Shown here: one piece after another, positions 1 through 12,004 of the stretch
Layout of the letters: every line of letters begins with the position of its first letter
Position numbering within the stretch: the first letter of the stretch is position 1
Origin: Dysgonamonadaceae bacterium
GTDB taxonomy: Bacteria; Bacteroidota; Bacteroidia; Bacteroidales; Dysgonomonadaceae
Length of the DNA: 64,000 nucleotides
Direction: 5' to 3'
Assembly: GCA_031272205.1 (NCBI GenBank)
Contig: JAISUH010000003.1
Location: 23,928 to 87,927, forward strand
Notes under the pieces: model-generated
Told to the model about the DNA's origin: nothing
The model's database searches: none
Seen by the model: the letters and a program-made list of their open reading frames with translations, nothing else
Program-made: the position numbers and the translations under genes

Positions 1-333
1 AATTATTGGATTGACGATGATTTGCTGTATGCGTATGGAACGGAATGGAACAACGTCGCCAACGATTGGCAGATTGCTTACCGCATCGTCGATACCCGCA
101 CGCACGCGATCGTCAAACGGGAGATGATTACCGATGGTACGGACAAAGAGATAGAGAAACCTTACGGTATAATGGTGCATCCCGAAACAAAAGACGTCTA
201 TATCACCGATGCGGGCAATAGTGTAACCCCCGGCGCACTCTATTGTTTCGATAAAGACGGAAAGAAAAAATGGAGCGTCCGGACAGGAATCATTCCGGGT
301 CATTTTGCATTGCTGCCGAATGATGAGCCTTGA
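1..333 (+). CDS. C-terminal fragment of a YncE-like/DUF5074-type beta-propeller cell-surface protein (5' end outside the window)
   Basis: The frame is open from base 1 and no start is visible. The text ...PYGIMVHPETKDVYITDAGNSVTPGALYCFDKDGKKKW... resembles propeller blades of Bacteroidetes YncE-like surface proteins. The family call is from memory only. Confidence 0.5.
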   Translation, partial: NYWIDDDLLYAYGTEWNNVANDWQIAYRIVDTRTHAIVKREMITDGTDKEIEKPYGIMVHPETKDVYITDAGNSVTPGALYCFDKDGKKKWSVRTGIIPGHFALLPNDEP

Positions 334-383
334 AAGAAATCGAAAAAAAACAACAAATCGAACATATCAAACAACATCCCATT

Positions 384-1898
384 ATGAAACACGGATTATT
401 TTATGCTCTTCTTTCGCTGTCGGCGCTTTTCGTCGCATCCTGCAGCAAGGATGCCGACGTATGGCCCCCTGTTATTTCGGGGATAGAAAACAATATGAGT
501 ATGATAGAGGGTTCCAAGCTCGAACTGACACCTGTCGTGCAAAATGCCGACAATGCCACCTTTTCTTGGTTGGTGGACGGGCTGGAGGTGTCAACCGCCA
601 TAAAATATACGTTTGCGCCCTCCGCCCCCGGAACTTATGTCCTGACATTTACTGCCACCAACAGCGGAGGATCGGATCGGGTTGCCCTCTCCGTAACGGT
701 GCTGTCCAAAACGAACAGTTATGAAGTTCCGTCCAATTCGATTTTGTCCATTGATCCCTCCGCCGTTTTTGGAAACAAAAACACCGTCGAATGGACAATT
801 ACACAATCGGCTTCCCCCTTGCATCGCTTGTCGAAAAATGAAGAAGGAAAGGCGCTGTTTATCGCGGCGAAAGAGGGTCTTTACACCGTTTCGGAAAGCG
901 ACGGTAAATCTGCGGTCGAAATCAATATCATCGTAACTCAAAGGCAGTCGTCCCCCTACATCGCCCGCGTTTTCGACTATCTTCCCGCTCCGGGGCAATA
1001 TGTAAATGAACTTCCCAAATATTCAGAAGGCGACACACGGGATGACATGATTGGCAAAGCAAGCGAATATCTTGTCGGGGAAGACGCGCTGATAATTACC
1101 CTTGGAGGCTGGGGAGGCTACGTTACGTTTGGATTCGACCACACTATCGTGAATGTGGAAGGGAAGCGGGATTTTCGGGTATTGGGCAACGCTTTTGCCA
1201 CCGCGTCGAGCTCATCCCCCGGTGAAAGCAGCGAACCCGGAATCGTTATGGTAGCCTACGATAAAAATAAGAACGGGAAGCCCGACGCCGATGAATGGTA
1301 TGAAATAAACGGGAGCGGGAATTTCTCGGCCAAAAACGAAACTTGGTACCAAATGGCTGTGAACAACAACAACGATGTGCGGACATTCAGGGATTACGAG
1401 ATGACCTATTTCCGTCCGTCCACCGAAGTGCAGGATGAAACGGGGACGGTGGATAACCCCAACAGTTTCACAACCATTAGTAAATACATCCGATGGACGG
1501 ACAATAAAGGACAGGAAGGCTATAAAATAAAAAACGTATATCACGCGCAAAGCTATTACCCCGCCTGGGTTACTGACGATGCACTCACGTATTCCGGTAT
1601 TCGATTGGCGGACAACAGCATCGACGAGGGCGGAATAGGAAATCACTACATGTTATACGCCTATCGGTACGGCTATGCGGACAATTATTCGAATACCGAC
1701 GATCATTCGGGAATCGATATCGATTGGGCTATCGATAAAAATGGAAACAGGGTCGTTTTGCCCGGAATCGATTTTGTGAAAGTTTATAACGGGATAAATA
1801 AAGAGAACGGATGGCAGGGAGAAACTTCTACCGAAGTAGGCGGAGCACAGGATTTGCATCTCTTGGGGAAAAGCATCGACACGGTCGGTCAACAATAA
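384..1898 (+). CDS. Lipoprotein of unknown function with N-terminal Ig/PKD-like repeats
   Basis: ORF 330..1898. The Met at 384 gives MKHGLFYALLSLSALFVASCSKD, a lipoprotein signal with lipobox Cys. Ig-like repeat text follows (FSWLVDG...TFTATNSGGSD). Confidence 0.6.
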   Translation: MKHGLFYALLSLSALFVASCSKDADVWPPVISGIENNMSMIEGSKLELTPVVQNADNATFSWLVDGLEVSTAIKYTFAPSAPGTYVLTFTATNSGGSDRVALSVTVLSKTNSYEVPSNSILSIDPSAVFGNKNTVEWTITQSASPLHRLSKNEEGKALFIAAKEGLYTVSESDGKSAVEINIIVTQRQSSPYIARVFDYLPAPGQYVNELPKYSEGDTRDDMIGKASEYLVGEDALIITLGGWGGYVTFGFDHTIVNVEGKRDFRVLGNAFATASSSSPGESSEPGIVMVAYDKNKNGKPDADEWYEINGSGNFSAKNETWYQMAVNNNNDVRTFRDYEMTYFRPSTEVQDETGTVDNPNSFTTISKYIRWTDNKGQEGYKIKNVYHAQSYYPAWVTDDALTYSGIRLADNSIDEGGIGNHYMLYAYRYGYADNYSNTDDHSGIDIDWAIDKNGNRVVLPGIDFVKVYNGINKENGWQGETSTEVGGAQDLHLLGKSIDTVGQQ

Positions 1899-1937
1899 AT
1901 TTTAGTTGCGACGAAAATCTTTTTACCATAAATGCAC

Positions 1938-1968
1938 AAAATCGGGAAAAAAATTACCGATTTTTTTT
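1938..1968 (+). terminator. Rho-independent terminator after the lipoprotein gene
   Basis: 8-bp stem AAAATCGG/CCGATTTT with an 11-nt loop, followed by a T-run. Confidence 0.6.
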
Positions 1969-1975
1969 ATATTTG
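1968..1975 (+). promoter_or_regulatory. Bacteroidetes -7 box TATATTTG (TAnnTTTG) upstream of the POT transporter
   Basis: Exact TAnnTTTG match 66 nt upstream of the ATG at 2042. Confidence 0.45.
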
Positions 1976-2041
1976 CAGTTTTAAAATTATCCTTGAACGA
2001 ATATTCAACTATTTACTCATATAAAAATTAAAAATAAAAGT

Positions 2042-3712
2042 ATGTTCAAAAATCACCCAAAAGGGCTTTATGCATTAGCTTTGGCTAACACAGGCGAGCG
2101 TTTCGGATATTACACAATGCTCGCAATTTTTGTGCTGTTTCTTCAAGCAAAATTTGGTTTGTCGGCAACAGTTACAGGACAGATTTTCGGCGGATTTCTT
2201 GCTGCCGTTTATTTTTTGCCCGTTATCGGCGGTTTGATTGCCGACAATTGGCTGGGCTACGGCAAAACTGTTACGGTTGGGATTATTGTAATGTTTCTTG
2301 GTTACATTTTGATGGCTATACCGGGAATGGGTATGCCGGTATTGATTGCGGCACTCTTTATTATTGCGCTCGGTACGGGACTTTTTAAAGGCAATTTACA
2401 GGTACTTGTAGGCAATCTTTACGACGACCCGCAATACAAAAGTCGCCGCGACCCCGGTTTCTCGCTGTTTTATATGGCAATCAATATCGGCGCTATGTTT
2501 GCACCACGGGCAGCCAAAGAAGTGGTCAATTATTTTATGGGCAAAGAAGGACTGCATTATATTGCTGATATTCCGGCTCTTGCGCACCAATACATTAACG
2601 GTACAATAGCATCCGAAGGAACGGCGAAATTGACCGATTTGATGGCGGCACAAGGCGCTCAGTTTACCGATTTGGCAAGTTTTTCGCAATTGTATATCGA
2701 TAAACTTTCTGCATCGTATAACTACGGATTTGGCGTAGCATGTCTTTCACTTATCTTGTCAATGGCAATTTATCTTTGCTCGAAAAAACTCTACAAACAC
2801 GCCGATTTCAATGCCAAACAAAAAACGGCTGCGGGTGTGGAAGAAGATGTTATTCTGACTGCCAAACAGACCAAAGAGCGCGTTGTGGCACTGGGATTAG
2901 TGTTTGCAGTAGTGATTTTTTTCTGGATGTCGTTCCACCAAAACGGATTGACTATGACATTTTTCGCTCGTGATTACACCCAAAGTTTTGTTGACGGTTG
3001 GACACGAATCGGAATGGATGTAATCAATCTGGCTTTGATTTGTGTGGGGATTTACGCGCTGTTCAGTATTTTTCAGTCCGAAAAATTGAAAGGGAAATTG
3101 ATATCAGCCGCTGTTTTGGTGGCTACTGTGGCTGCGGTTGCGTGGCGGTATTTGTCGCTCGATGGTGCGATAAAAATAGAACCTTCTGATTTTCAACAGT
3201 TCAATCCATTTTTTGTAGTGGCTTTGACACCGTTTTCCATTGCTATTTTCGGTTGGTTGGAAAAAATTAAAAAAGAACCTTCCACGCCGCGTAAAATCGG
3301 CTATGGTATGTTAGTTGCCGCAGCGGGTTTTGCTATTCTGGCGGTTGCTTCCTTTGGTTTGAAATCGCCTGCCGAACTGAAAAGCGTGGGTGGTGTAAGC
3401 GATATTTTGCTTAATCCAAACTGGCTGATTAGTACCTATTTAACATTGACTTTCGCCGAGTTGCTGCTCAGCCCGATGGGAATTTCGTTTGTTACCAAAG
3501 TTGCCCCGCCAAAACTCAAGGGCTTGATGATGGGCGGCTGGTTTGCAGCCACGGCGGTAGGTAATTACCTCACTTCTGCCATTGCTGCTATTTGGGAAAG
3601 CAAAATTCCTTTGTGGGCAGTTTGGGGCGTATTGATTGCCTGCTGTCTGCTGTCTGCAATTTTCCTCTTCTCGGTTATGAAACGCTTGGAAAGCGCAACA
3701 TCGAATACCTGA
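2042..3712 (+). CDS. POT/PTR2-family di-/tripeptide:proton symporter (MFS)
   Basis: N-terminus MFKNHPKGLYALALANTGERFGYYTM carries the ExxERFxYY POT signature. The protein is polytopic and hydrophobic, 556 aa. Confidence 0.9.
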   Translation: MFKNHPKGLYALALANTGERFGYYTMLAIFVLFLQAKFGLSATVTGQIFGGFLAAVYFLPVIGGLIADNWLGYGKTVTVGIIVMFLGYILMAIPGMGMPVLIAALFIIALGTGLFKGNLQVLVGNLYDDPQYKSRRDPGFSLFYMAINIGAMFAPRAAKEVVNYFMGKEGLHYIADIPALAHQYINGTIASEGTAKLTDLMAAQGAQFTDLASFSQLYIDKLSASYNYGFGVACLSLILSMAIYLCSKKLYKHADFNAKQKTAAGVEEDVILTAKQTKERVVALGLVFAVVIFFWMSFHQNGLTMTFFARDYTQSFVDGWTRIGMDVINLALICVGIYALFSIFQSEKLKGKLISAAVLVATVAAVAWRYLSLDGAIKIEPSDFQQFNPFFVVALTPFSIAIFGWLEKIKKEPSTPRKIGYGMLVAAAGFAILAVASFGLKSPAELKSVGGVSDILLNPNWLISTYLTLTFAELLLSPMGISFVTKVAPPKLKGLMMGGWFAATAVGNYLTSAIAAIWESKIPLWAVWGVLIACCLLSAIFLFSVMKRLESATSNT

Positions 3713-3740
3713 TTGAGGAAAACGACTGATACGGAAATTT

Positions 3741-3773
3741 AAACCTGTTAAGTTCCTGAAGCTTAACAGGTTT
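3741..3773 (+). other. Perfect 12-bp hairpin between the two POT genes (no U-tract)
   Basis: AAACCTGTTAAG / CTTAACAGGTTT with a 9-nt loop. It is followed by AATATTAAAAA, so it is not a classical terminator. Confidence 0.4.
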
Positions 3774-3797
3774 AATATTAAAAAAACACAATAAATT

Positions 3798-5162
3798 ATG
3801 GCAAAATTCACAAAAGCATTTTGGGTTGCCAATACGGTAGAATTGTTGGAACGATTGGCATATTACGGCGTTTTTATTGTTCTAACGCTGTATTTATCAA
3901 ATGTTTGGGGCTTTTCGGACGTTGAGGCAGGAATCATTTCGGGGGTATTTTCGGCAAGTTTGTACCTGTTGCCCACTTTTTTGGGCGCTTATGCCGACAG
4001 AATCGGATTCCGCTCGTCGCTGCTGATTGCCTTTGCGTTGCTTACGCTCGGCTATGCCGGACTGGGTGTGCTGCCAACGCTCAACGAAAGCGCCGGACTT
4101 GTCTCTTACGCGAACGAAACCGTTTTCAGCGGTTTGCGCGAAAGTTATTTGCAATGGTCGATTGTACCTGTGATGCTGCTGATAGTTGTCGGCGGCGCAT
4201 TTATCAAATCGGTCATTTCGGGAACAGTAGCAAAAGAAACCACAACCGAAAACCGCGCCCGCGGCTTTTCGGTTTTCTATATGATGGTCAATATCGGCGC
4301 ATTTATGGGAAAATCGGTGGTTGACCCGCTGCGCAAATCGCTTGGCGACAGCGGCTTGATTTACCTGAATTATTTTGCTGCCACGATGACCTTGCTCGCG
4401 CTGTGTACGGTGTTTTTTCTGTACAAATCGACAAAAAATGCGGGCGAAGGCAAGTCTTTTCGCGAAATCGGCAGCGCCTTACTGCGCGTGTTGGGCAATG
4501 TCCGTTTGCTCGCTTTATTACTGATAGTCAGCGGATTTTGGATTATACAGGGACAACTGTATGCCACAATGCCAAAATATGTACTGCGAATGATTGGACC
4601 GGAGGCATCGCCCGGCTGGTATGCCAACGTAAATCCGCTTGTGGTAGTGGTTACGGTCAATTTTATCACTTCGTTGATGAAAAAACGCAAGGCGCTGACT
4701 TCGATGACCGTCGGTATGTTAATCATTCCACTTTCGGCGTTAGCAATGTCGTTTGGAAACCAAATAGGAACGGCGCATATACTTGGACTTCATCCCGTTG
4801 CGTTTATGATGATCGTCGGAATTATTATGCAAGCCATTGCCGAAAGTTTTATTTCGCCCCGCTATTTAGAATATTTTTCGTTACAGGCGCCTAAGGGCGA
4901 GGAAGGTTTGTTTTTGGGGTTCAGCCATTTGGACTCGTTTTTTTCCTATCTTTTCGCTTTCGGAATTTCAGGATTCCTGCTCGAAAAATATTGCCCCGAC
5001 CCCCGCAATTTTGCCTCCGCTGCCGACTATGCCGCTGCCACCGCACACGCTCACTACATCTGGTATGTCTTTGTGGCAATAGGGCTGATTTCGGCGGTTG
5101 CGCTGCTGATTTATGGAAAAATTGCGGCAAAAAGTCAGAAATCCGAACAAGGAAATGACTGA
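3798..5162 (+). CDS. Second POT-like MFS peptide transporter (paralog)
   Basis: VELLERLAYYGVF is a POT-like N-terminal motif. The protein is polytopic, 454 aa. Confidence 0.8.
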   Translation: MAKFTKAFWVANTVELLERLAYYGVFIVLTLYLSNVWGFSDVEAGIISGVFSASLYLLPTFLGAYADRIGFRSSLLIAFALLTLGYAGLGVLPTLNESAGLVSYANETVFSGLRESYLQWSIVPVMLLIVVGGAFIKSVISGTVAKETTTENRARGFSVFYMMVNIGAFMGKSVVDPLRKSLGDSGLIYLNYFAATMTLLALCTVFFLYKSTKNAGEGKSFREIGSALLRVLGNVRLLALLLIVSGFWIIQGQLYATMPKYVLRMIGPEASPGWYANVNPLVVVVTVNFITSLMKKRKALTSMTVGMLIIPLSALAMSFGNQIGTAHILGLHPVAFMMIVGIIMQAIAESFISPRYLEYFSLQAPKGEEGLFLGFSHLDSFFSYLFAFGISGFLLEKYCPDPRNFASAADYAAATAHAHYIWYVFVAIGLISAVALLIYGKIAAKSQKSEQGND

Positions 5163-5354
5163 CAAGAGTTGATGTCTCTCATCTCTCCAATTTTTGCAGC
5201 GCAAATGAGACAATAAATTTCAGCTTGCAACACATTTAAAAAAATAAATTTGACTTTTGCACAGAGGAAGCGGGGAAACTTCCCCCATCCGCAAAACAAC
5301 GCTTTGCTGTTAATAACTTCTCGGCGGCGAAGGAATTTTTTCGCCATTTTTCCG

Positions 5355-5362
5355 TATATTTG
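5355..5362 (+). promoter_or_regulatory. -7 box TATATTTG upstream of dnaE
   Basis: TAnnTTTG match 38 nt upstream of the ATG at 5400. Confidence 0.45.
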
Positions 5363-5399
5363 TAACTCTCATTCTCTAAAATTTAGCTGATCCTTTCAG

Positions 5400-8300
5400 A
5401 TGCAACCATTTGTTCATTTACACGTCCATTCCCAATATTCGCTGCTTGACGGACAGGCAAGCATCCCGCAATTGGTAGATAAAGCCATCGCTGACGGCAT
5501 GAAAGCCATCGCGCTTAGCGATCACGGCGCCATGTATGGCATCAAAGAATTTTTTAATTACGTGGCGAAAAAAAATGCGCCCCTGCAGTCGGAAATCAAG
5601 AAACTGAAACAGGCGATTGCCGATGCCGAGAGCGGCGGAAACACCGAATTATCGACCGAATTGAAAAGTAAACTTGACGCGGCCAACGGCAAACTTTTCA
5701 AACCCATCATCGGTTGCGAATGTTATTTGGCGCGGCGCGACCGTTTCAAACAGAGCGAAAAAATCGACGGCGGCGGCTGGCACATCCTCATCCTGGCAAA
5801 AAACCTCAAGGGCTATAAAAACCTGATTAAAATGGTGTCGAAAAGTTGGGTGGAAGGCTATTATTACCGCCCGCGCATCGACAAGGATTTGTTGAAGAAA
5901 TATCACGAAGGACTGATTGTTGCATCGGCATGCCTCGGTGGCGAGATCCCGAAAAAGATCGATGCGGGGCAGATTGCCGAAGCCGAAGAAGCCGTTCAAT
6001 GGCACAAAGACCTTTTTGGAGACGATTATTATTTGGAATTGCAGCGCCACAAAACCAACCGTCCCGACGCCGACCAGAGTACGTATCCCAAACAGGAGCG
6101 CGTGAACGAAGAACTGATTCGCATTGCCCAAAAATTCGATGTGAAGCTCATCGCCACCAACGACGTGCATTTCGTGAACGAGGAGGACGCCGATGCACAC
6201 GACCGCCTGATATGCCTCAGCACGGGAAAAGATTTTGACGATCCCAACCGCATGCGTTACACCAAGCAGGAATGGCTGAAAACCACGGAGGAGATGAACC
6301 GCATTTTCGCCGATATCCCCGAAGTGTTGGACAATACGCTCGAAGTGGCGAACAAAGTGGAATTTTATTCCATCGACAACGACGCGCTCATGCCCTTTTA
6401 TCCCATCGACCCCGAATTTGGGACGGAAGAAAGCTATAAAGCCAAGTATTCGGAACAGGATCTAATCAACGAATTTGGAGAAAAAGCCTTCCACCGTTTG
6501 GGCGGATACAACAAAGTTGTTCGCATCAAATTGGAATCTGATTACCTCAATCACATCACTTATATCGGCGCAAAAAAGCGATACGGCGAAAACATCGCCG
6601 ACGAAGTAAAAGAACGAATCGATTTCGAATTGGAAACCATCAAAAATATGGGTTTTCCGGGCTATTTTCTTATCGTGCAGGATTTTATCGCGGCGGCACG
6701 ACAGATGGACGTGGCCGTCGGCCCCGGCCGCGGTTCTGCGGCCGGTTCTGCGGCAGCCTATTGCCTGGGCATTACCGACATCGACCCCTTGAAATACGAT
6801 TTGCTTTTCGAACGCTTCCTCAACCCCGACCGTATCTCGATGCCCGATATCGACATCGATTTCGACGACGAAGGTCGCGGAAAGGTATTGCGTTGGGTAA
6901 CCGAAAAATACGGCGTGGAAAGAGTGGCGCACATCATCACCTACGGCACAATGAAAACGAAAACGTCCATCCGCGATGTGGCGCGTGTACACAAGCTTTC
7001 GCTTCAGGAATCAGACAGGCTTGCCAAGTTGGTGCCCGACCGCATCCCTAACGTGAAGGAAGTCAACCTGCACGAAGCCATCAAATTTGTGCCGGAACTG
7101 AGCGAAGCAGCCAACAGCAATGACCCGCTCGTGCGCGACACCCTGAAATATGCCGGAATGCTCGAAGGTAACGTCCGCAGTACGGGCGTTCACGCTTGCG
7201 GGGTCATCATCGGGCAAACCGATATATCGGACATCGTGCCTATTAGCACCGCCGAGGATAAGGAGACGAGAGAAAAAATGCTGGTTACGCAATACGAAGG
7301 CACCACTATCGAGGAAACCGGATTGATAAAGATGGATTTTCTCGGCTTGCGAACGCTTTCCATCATCAAAGACGCGCTGGCAAACATCGAAATAACAACC
7401 GGCAAGAAAATAGATATTGACGCAATTGATATGGAAGACGAAAAAACCTATCGCCTTTATAGCGAGGGAAAAACCACCGGCACCTTCCAGTTTGAATCGG
7501 CCGGGATGCAGAAATACCTGAAGGAACTGCACCCGACAAAATTTGAGGACTTGATTGCGATGAACGCGCTCTACCGCCCCGGCCCGATGGATTATATCCC
7601 GTCGTTCATCGACAGAAAACATGGGCGCGAACCGATTACTTACGACATTCCCGTCATGGAAAAATACCTGAGCGAAACCTATGGAATCACGGTGTATCAG
7701 GAACAGGTGATGCTCCTGTCGCGTTTGTTGGCCAACTTCACGCGCGGACAATCGGATGAACTGCGTAAGGCGATGGGTAAAAAGCTTATCGACAAAATGA
7801 ACGCGCTAAAAGAAAAATTCCTTTCGGGCGGAAAAGCAAACGGCTACGACGAAAAAGTGCTGAACAAAATCTGGAACGATTGGGAAAAATTCGCATCCTA
7901 CGCCTTCAATAAATCGCACGCTACCTGCTATTCGTGGGTAGCCTACCAAACTGCTTGGTTAAAAGCTAATTATCCCTTGGAATACATGGCTTCGGTATTG
8001 TCGAACAACTTGAATAACATCACGGAAATCACCAAGTTTATGGACGAATGTAAGGCTATGGGAATTAACGTGTTGAGTCCTGACATTAACGAGTCGGCGC
8101 TCAAATTCTCGGTCAATAAAGCCGGAGATATCCGCTTCGGGCTGGCGGCGATAAAAAGCGTCGGACAAGGGGCTGTAAGCGGTATTCTCGAAGAGAGGGC
8201 TCAAAACGGGCCATTCAGCGACATATTTGATTTCGTGGAGCGCGTGAATCTCACGTCGTGCAACCGGAAAAACATCGAGGCGCTGGCGCTTGCCGGAGCT

Positions 8301-9143
8301 TTCGATTCCTTCACAGGCATTACCCGAGAGCAATTTTTGGCGAAAAACAACAAAGGCGAGGATTTCCTCGATACGCTGATCCGCCACGGAAATAAATGCC
8401 AGCAAGACAAGCTGGAATCCATGAATTCGTTGTTTGGCGACGATTCTTCGTTTCAAATAACCCATCCGGAAATTCCCAAGGCAGAAAAATGGTCCGATTT
8501 GGAACGACTGAACAAAGAGCGCGATCTTATTGGCATTTATCTGTCGGCTCATCCGCTCGATGATTACGAATTTATCCTCAACCACGTTTGCACCGCGAAC
8601 ACGCAAAAATTGCAAGACCTCGAACCGCTGAACGGCAAAGAGATAACTTTTGGAGGAATCGTTACATCCGTACGCGAGGGATTCTCTCAAAAAAACGGAG
8701 TGCCCTATACCATCTTCAAAATAGAAGATTATACGGGAAGTTATGAAATTGCTCTTTTTCGCGAAAATAGCGTAAATTATGGCCGATTTGCCCGCGTGGG
8801 ATTATCAATTTACGTAACGGCAAGAGTACAACCAAAACGTTTCAAACCCGACGAGAAGGAGATACAGATAAACTCCATGCAACTGCTGGCGGAAGTGAAG
8901 GACAAATTGGTTACGAAAATAACGATCAAAATGCCGCTCAATGAGTTGAATGATGCAACGGTATCGGATTTGTCGGCGCTCATAAAAAACAATTCGGGCA
9001 ATACGTTGTTATATTTCCAGATTCTTGGCGAAGATACGCACATGAACCTCCAGTTGTTCTCGCGACCAACCCGCATTCAGGTAAATAAACAGTTGATTGA
9101 ATACCTGAAAGAGAATAATTTTATCGAATTTAAAATTAATTAA
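5400..9143 (+). CDS. dnaE: DNA polymerase III alpha subunit
   Basis: PHP domain start MQPFVHLHVHSQYSLLDG, 1247 aa, and a polymerase core with the motif GFPGYFLIVQDFI. Confidence 0.97.
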   Translation: MQPFVHLHVHSQYSLLDGQASIPQLVDKAIADGMKAIALSDHGAMYGIKEFFNYVAKKNAPLQSEIKKLKQAIADAESGGNTELSTELKSKLDAANGKLFKPIIGCECYLARRDRFKQSEKIDGGGWHILILAKNLKGYKNLIKMVSKSWVEGYYYRPRIDKDLLKKYHEGLIVASACLGGEIPKKIDAGQIAEAEEAVQWHKDLFGDDYYLELQRHKTNRPDADQSTYPKQERVNEELIRIAQKFDVKLIATNDVHFVNEEDADAHDRLICLSTGKDFDDPNRMRYTKQEWLKTTEEMNRIFADIPEVLDNTLEVANKVEFYSIDNDALMPFYPIDPEFGTEESYKAKYSEQDLINEFGEKAFHRLGGYNKVVRIKLESDYLNHITYIGAKKRYGENIADEVKERIDFELETIKNMGFPGYFLIVQDFIAAARQMDVAVGPGRGSAAGSAAAYCLGITDIDPLKYDLLFERFLNPDRISMPDIDIDFDDEGRGKVLRWVTEKYGVERVAHIITYGTMKTKTSIRDVARVHKLSLQESDRLAKLVPDRIPNVKEVNLHEAIKFVPELSEAANSNDPLVRDTLKYAGMLEGNVRSTGVHACGVIIGQTDISDIVPISTAEDKETREKMLVTQYEGTTIEETGLIKMDFLGLRTLSIIKDALANIEITTGKKIDIDAIDMEDEKTYRLYSEGKTTGTFQFESAGMQKYLKELHPTKFEDLIAMNALYRPGPMDYIPSFIDRKHGREPITYDIPVMEKYLSETYGITVYQEQVMLLSRLLANFTRGQSDELRKAMGKKLIDKMNALKEKFLSGGKANGYDEKVLNKIWNDWEKFASYAFNKSHATCYSWVAYQTAWLKANYPLEYMASVLSNNLNNITEITKFMDECKAMGINVLSPDINESALKFSVNKAGDIRFGLAAIKSVGQGAVSGILEERAQNGPFSDIFDFVERVNLTSCNRKNIEALALAGAFDSFTGITREQFLAKNNKGEDFLDTLIRHGNKCQQDKLESMNSLFGDDSSFQITHPEIPKAEKWSDLERLNKERDLIGIYLSAHPLDDYEFILNHVCTANTQKLQDLEPLNGKEITFGGIVTSVREGFSQKNGVPYTIFKIEDYTGSYEIALFRENSVNYGRFARVGLSIYVTARVQPKRFKPDEKEIQINSMQLLAEVKDKLVTKITIKMPLNELNDATVSDLSALIKNNSGNTLLYFQILGEDTHMNLQLFSRPTRIQVNKQLIEYLKENNFIEFKIN

Positions 9144-9164
9144 TAACCAATAAAACAATAAGTT

Positions 9165-9479
9165 ATGGCTCTTCAGATTACAGATGCAACACTTGAAGAA
9201 GTGTTGAATACCGACAAATTAGTAGTGATCGATTTTTGGGCAGAATGGTGCGGCCCGTGTAAAATGGTAGGTCCGGTTATCGACCAGTTGGCCGACGAAT
9301 ATCAGGATCAAGCGGTCATTGGCAAAGTGGATGTGGACAACAACGATGATGCAACTTCGAAATACGGAATCCGCAACATTCCGACCATCCTTTTCATCAA
9401 GAACGGCGAAGTGGTGGATAAAATTGTGGGCGCGGGCGCAAAAAGCCTTTTCGTAGAAAAAATTGAGAAGTTGAAATAA
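9165..9479 (+). CDS. trxA: Thioredoxin
   Basis: WCGPC active site, 104 aa, located 21 nt after dnaE. Confidence 0.95.
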   Translation: MALQITDATLEEVLNTDKLVVIDFWAEWCGPCKMVGPVIDQLADEYQDQAVIGKVDVDNNDDATSKYGIRNIPTILFIKNGEVVDKIVGAGAKSLFVEKIEKLK

Positions 9480-9502
9480 GTTTTTTCGCGATTCTTTTAC
9501 GC

Positions 9503-9548
9503 AAACAACGAAGGCTATCCTCGGTCGGGTAGCCTTCGTTGTTTTTTG
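9503..9548 (+). terminator. Strong terminator between the convergent trxA and guaB
   Basis: About 18-bp stem (AAACAACGAAGGCTATCC / GGGTAGCCTTCGTTGTTT) followed by a T-run. It may also stop guaB transcripts. Confidence 0.7.
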
Positions 9549-9565
9549 ATTTTTTACACGATTTT

Positions 9566-11065
<1,500 letters not shown>

Positions 11066-11075
11066 TTATTGCATG

Positions 11076-11083
11076 CAAATGTA
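11076..11083 (-). promoter_or_regulatory. -7 box TACATTTG upstream of guaB
   Basis: Reverse complement of CAAATGTA, 32 nt upstream of the guaB ATG. Confidence 0.45.
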
Positions 11084-11198
11084 CTTCTTTTTTGCGAAAC
11101 AGAGGGGCGAAAAGGTGTTAAATTTTACGTCGCTGTATTTTTATGCGGAAAGGACGGTTTGGGCTTTAATTCATTAAGCGGATACGAAAAAATATGTT

Positions 11199-11978
11199 TC
11201 ACCCTGCCACATTCGTTTTTATCCCCATTGCGCTTACTTTATCCGCTATTTTTTGCAGTTCGTCCGCCGAAATTTTTTCGAGATTTTGGGCGGGTGTTTC
11301 TCGTGCGATGGTATAAATCATGACCTCGCGGGGGCGCAGGTTCTCCAGCACCTGCAACCATGCCGCGACTTCTTCGCCTGTGGTGTTATCGATGCATTTT
11401 CCGTTGAATTGTCCGCGCAGAAACAGGGTTTGCAGGATGAACCTGTTCCCGAAACGTTTGTATCGCTCCACCTGTTTTGCGACAGAATAGGCAGGGGTAT
11501 GCGGACGGTCGATGAGGCGGGCGGTTTCGTCGATGGCGGAATCGAGCTTGAGAATTGCATTATCGATTTTCTGCAAGGCTTCAAAAACGGCCGGTTTATC
11601 GGCGTTCATCCCATTAGAAAGCACGCTGATTTTGGCTTCGGGAAAATAACTGTTCCGAAGTTCTATCGTATCGTCGATGATACCGGCAAAGGCGGGATGC
11701 AGCGTCGGTTCGCCGTTTCCGGCAAACGTAATCACGTCAATTGCAGCGCCATCCTTATGCAACGACGCAAGCTTATCGTAAATGGCGGCTTTCACGTTTT
11801 CGCGCGAAGCCAAAGGCGTTTTCGACCGAAAATCTTTGTTGAATCCACATTCGCAATAAATGCAATCGAACGAACAAAGTTTACCGTCGCGGGGCAACAG
11901 GTTTACGCCGAGCGAAATGCCCAATCGGCGGCTGTGAACAGGCCCGTAAACGATATCGTTAAAAAGTAGGGTTGACAT
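11199..11978 (-). CDS. Radical SAM protein, function unknown
   Basis: CSFDCIYC (CxxxCxxC) lies near the N-terminus after GPVHSRRLGISLGVNL. 259 aa. Confidence 0.8.
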   Translation of the reverse strand: MSTLLFNDIVYGPVHSRRLGISLGVNLLPRDGKLCSFDCIYCECGFNKDFRSKTPLASRENVKAAIYDKLASLHKDGAAIDVITFAGNGEPTLHPAFAGIIDDTIELRNSYFPEAKISVLSNGMNADKPAVFEALQKIDNAILKLDSAIDETARLIDRPHTPAYSVAKQVERYKRFGNRFILQTLFLRGQFNGKCIDNTTGEEVAAWLQVLENLRPREVMIYTIARETPAQNLEKISADELQKIADKVSAMGIKTNVAG

Positions 11979-12004
11979 TTATGATATTCCTCCTCATTAT
12001 GTGA

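Noticed and set aside
11199-11978. The radical SAM gene as a possible RiPP maturase for the GG-leader peptide
   Set aside because: It lies about 37 kb away, embedded in a polA/yqaA housekeeping operon of normal composition. It has no SPASM-type extra Cys clusters that I could see. Nothing links the two genes.
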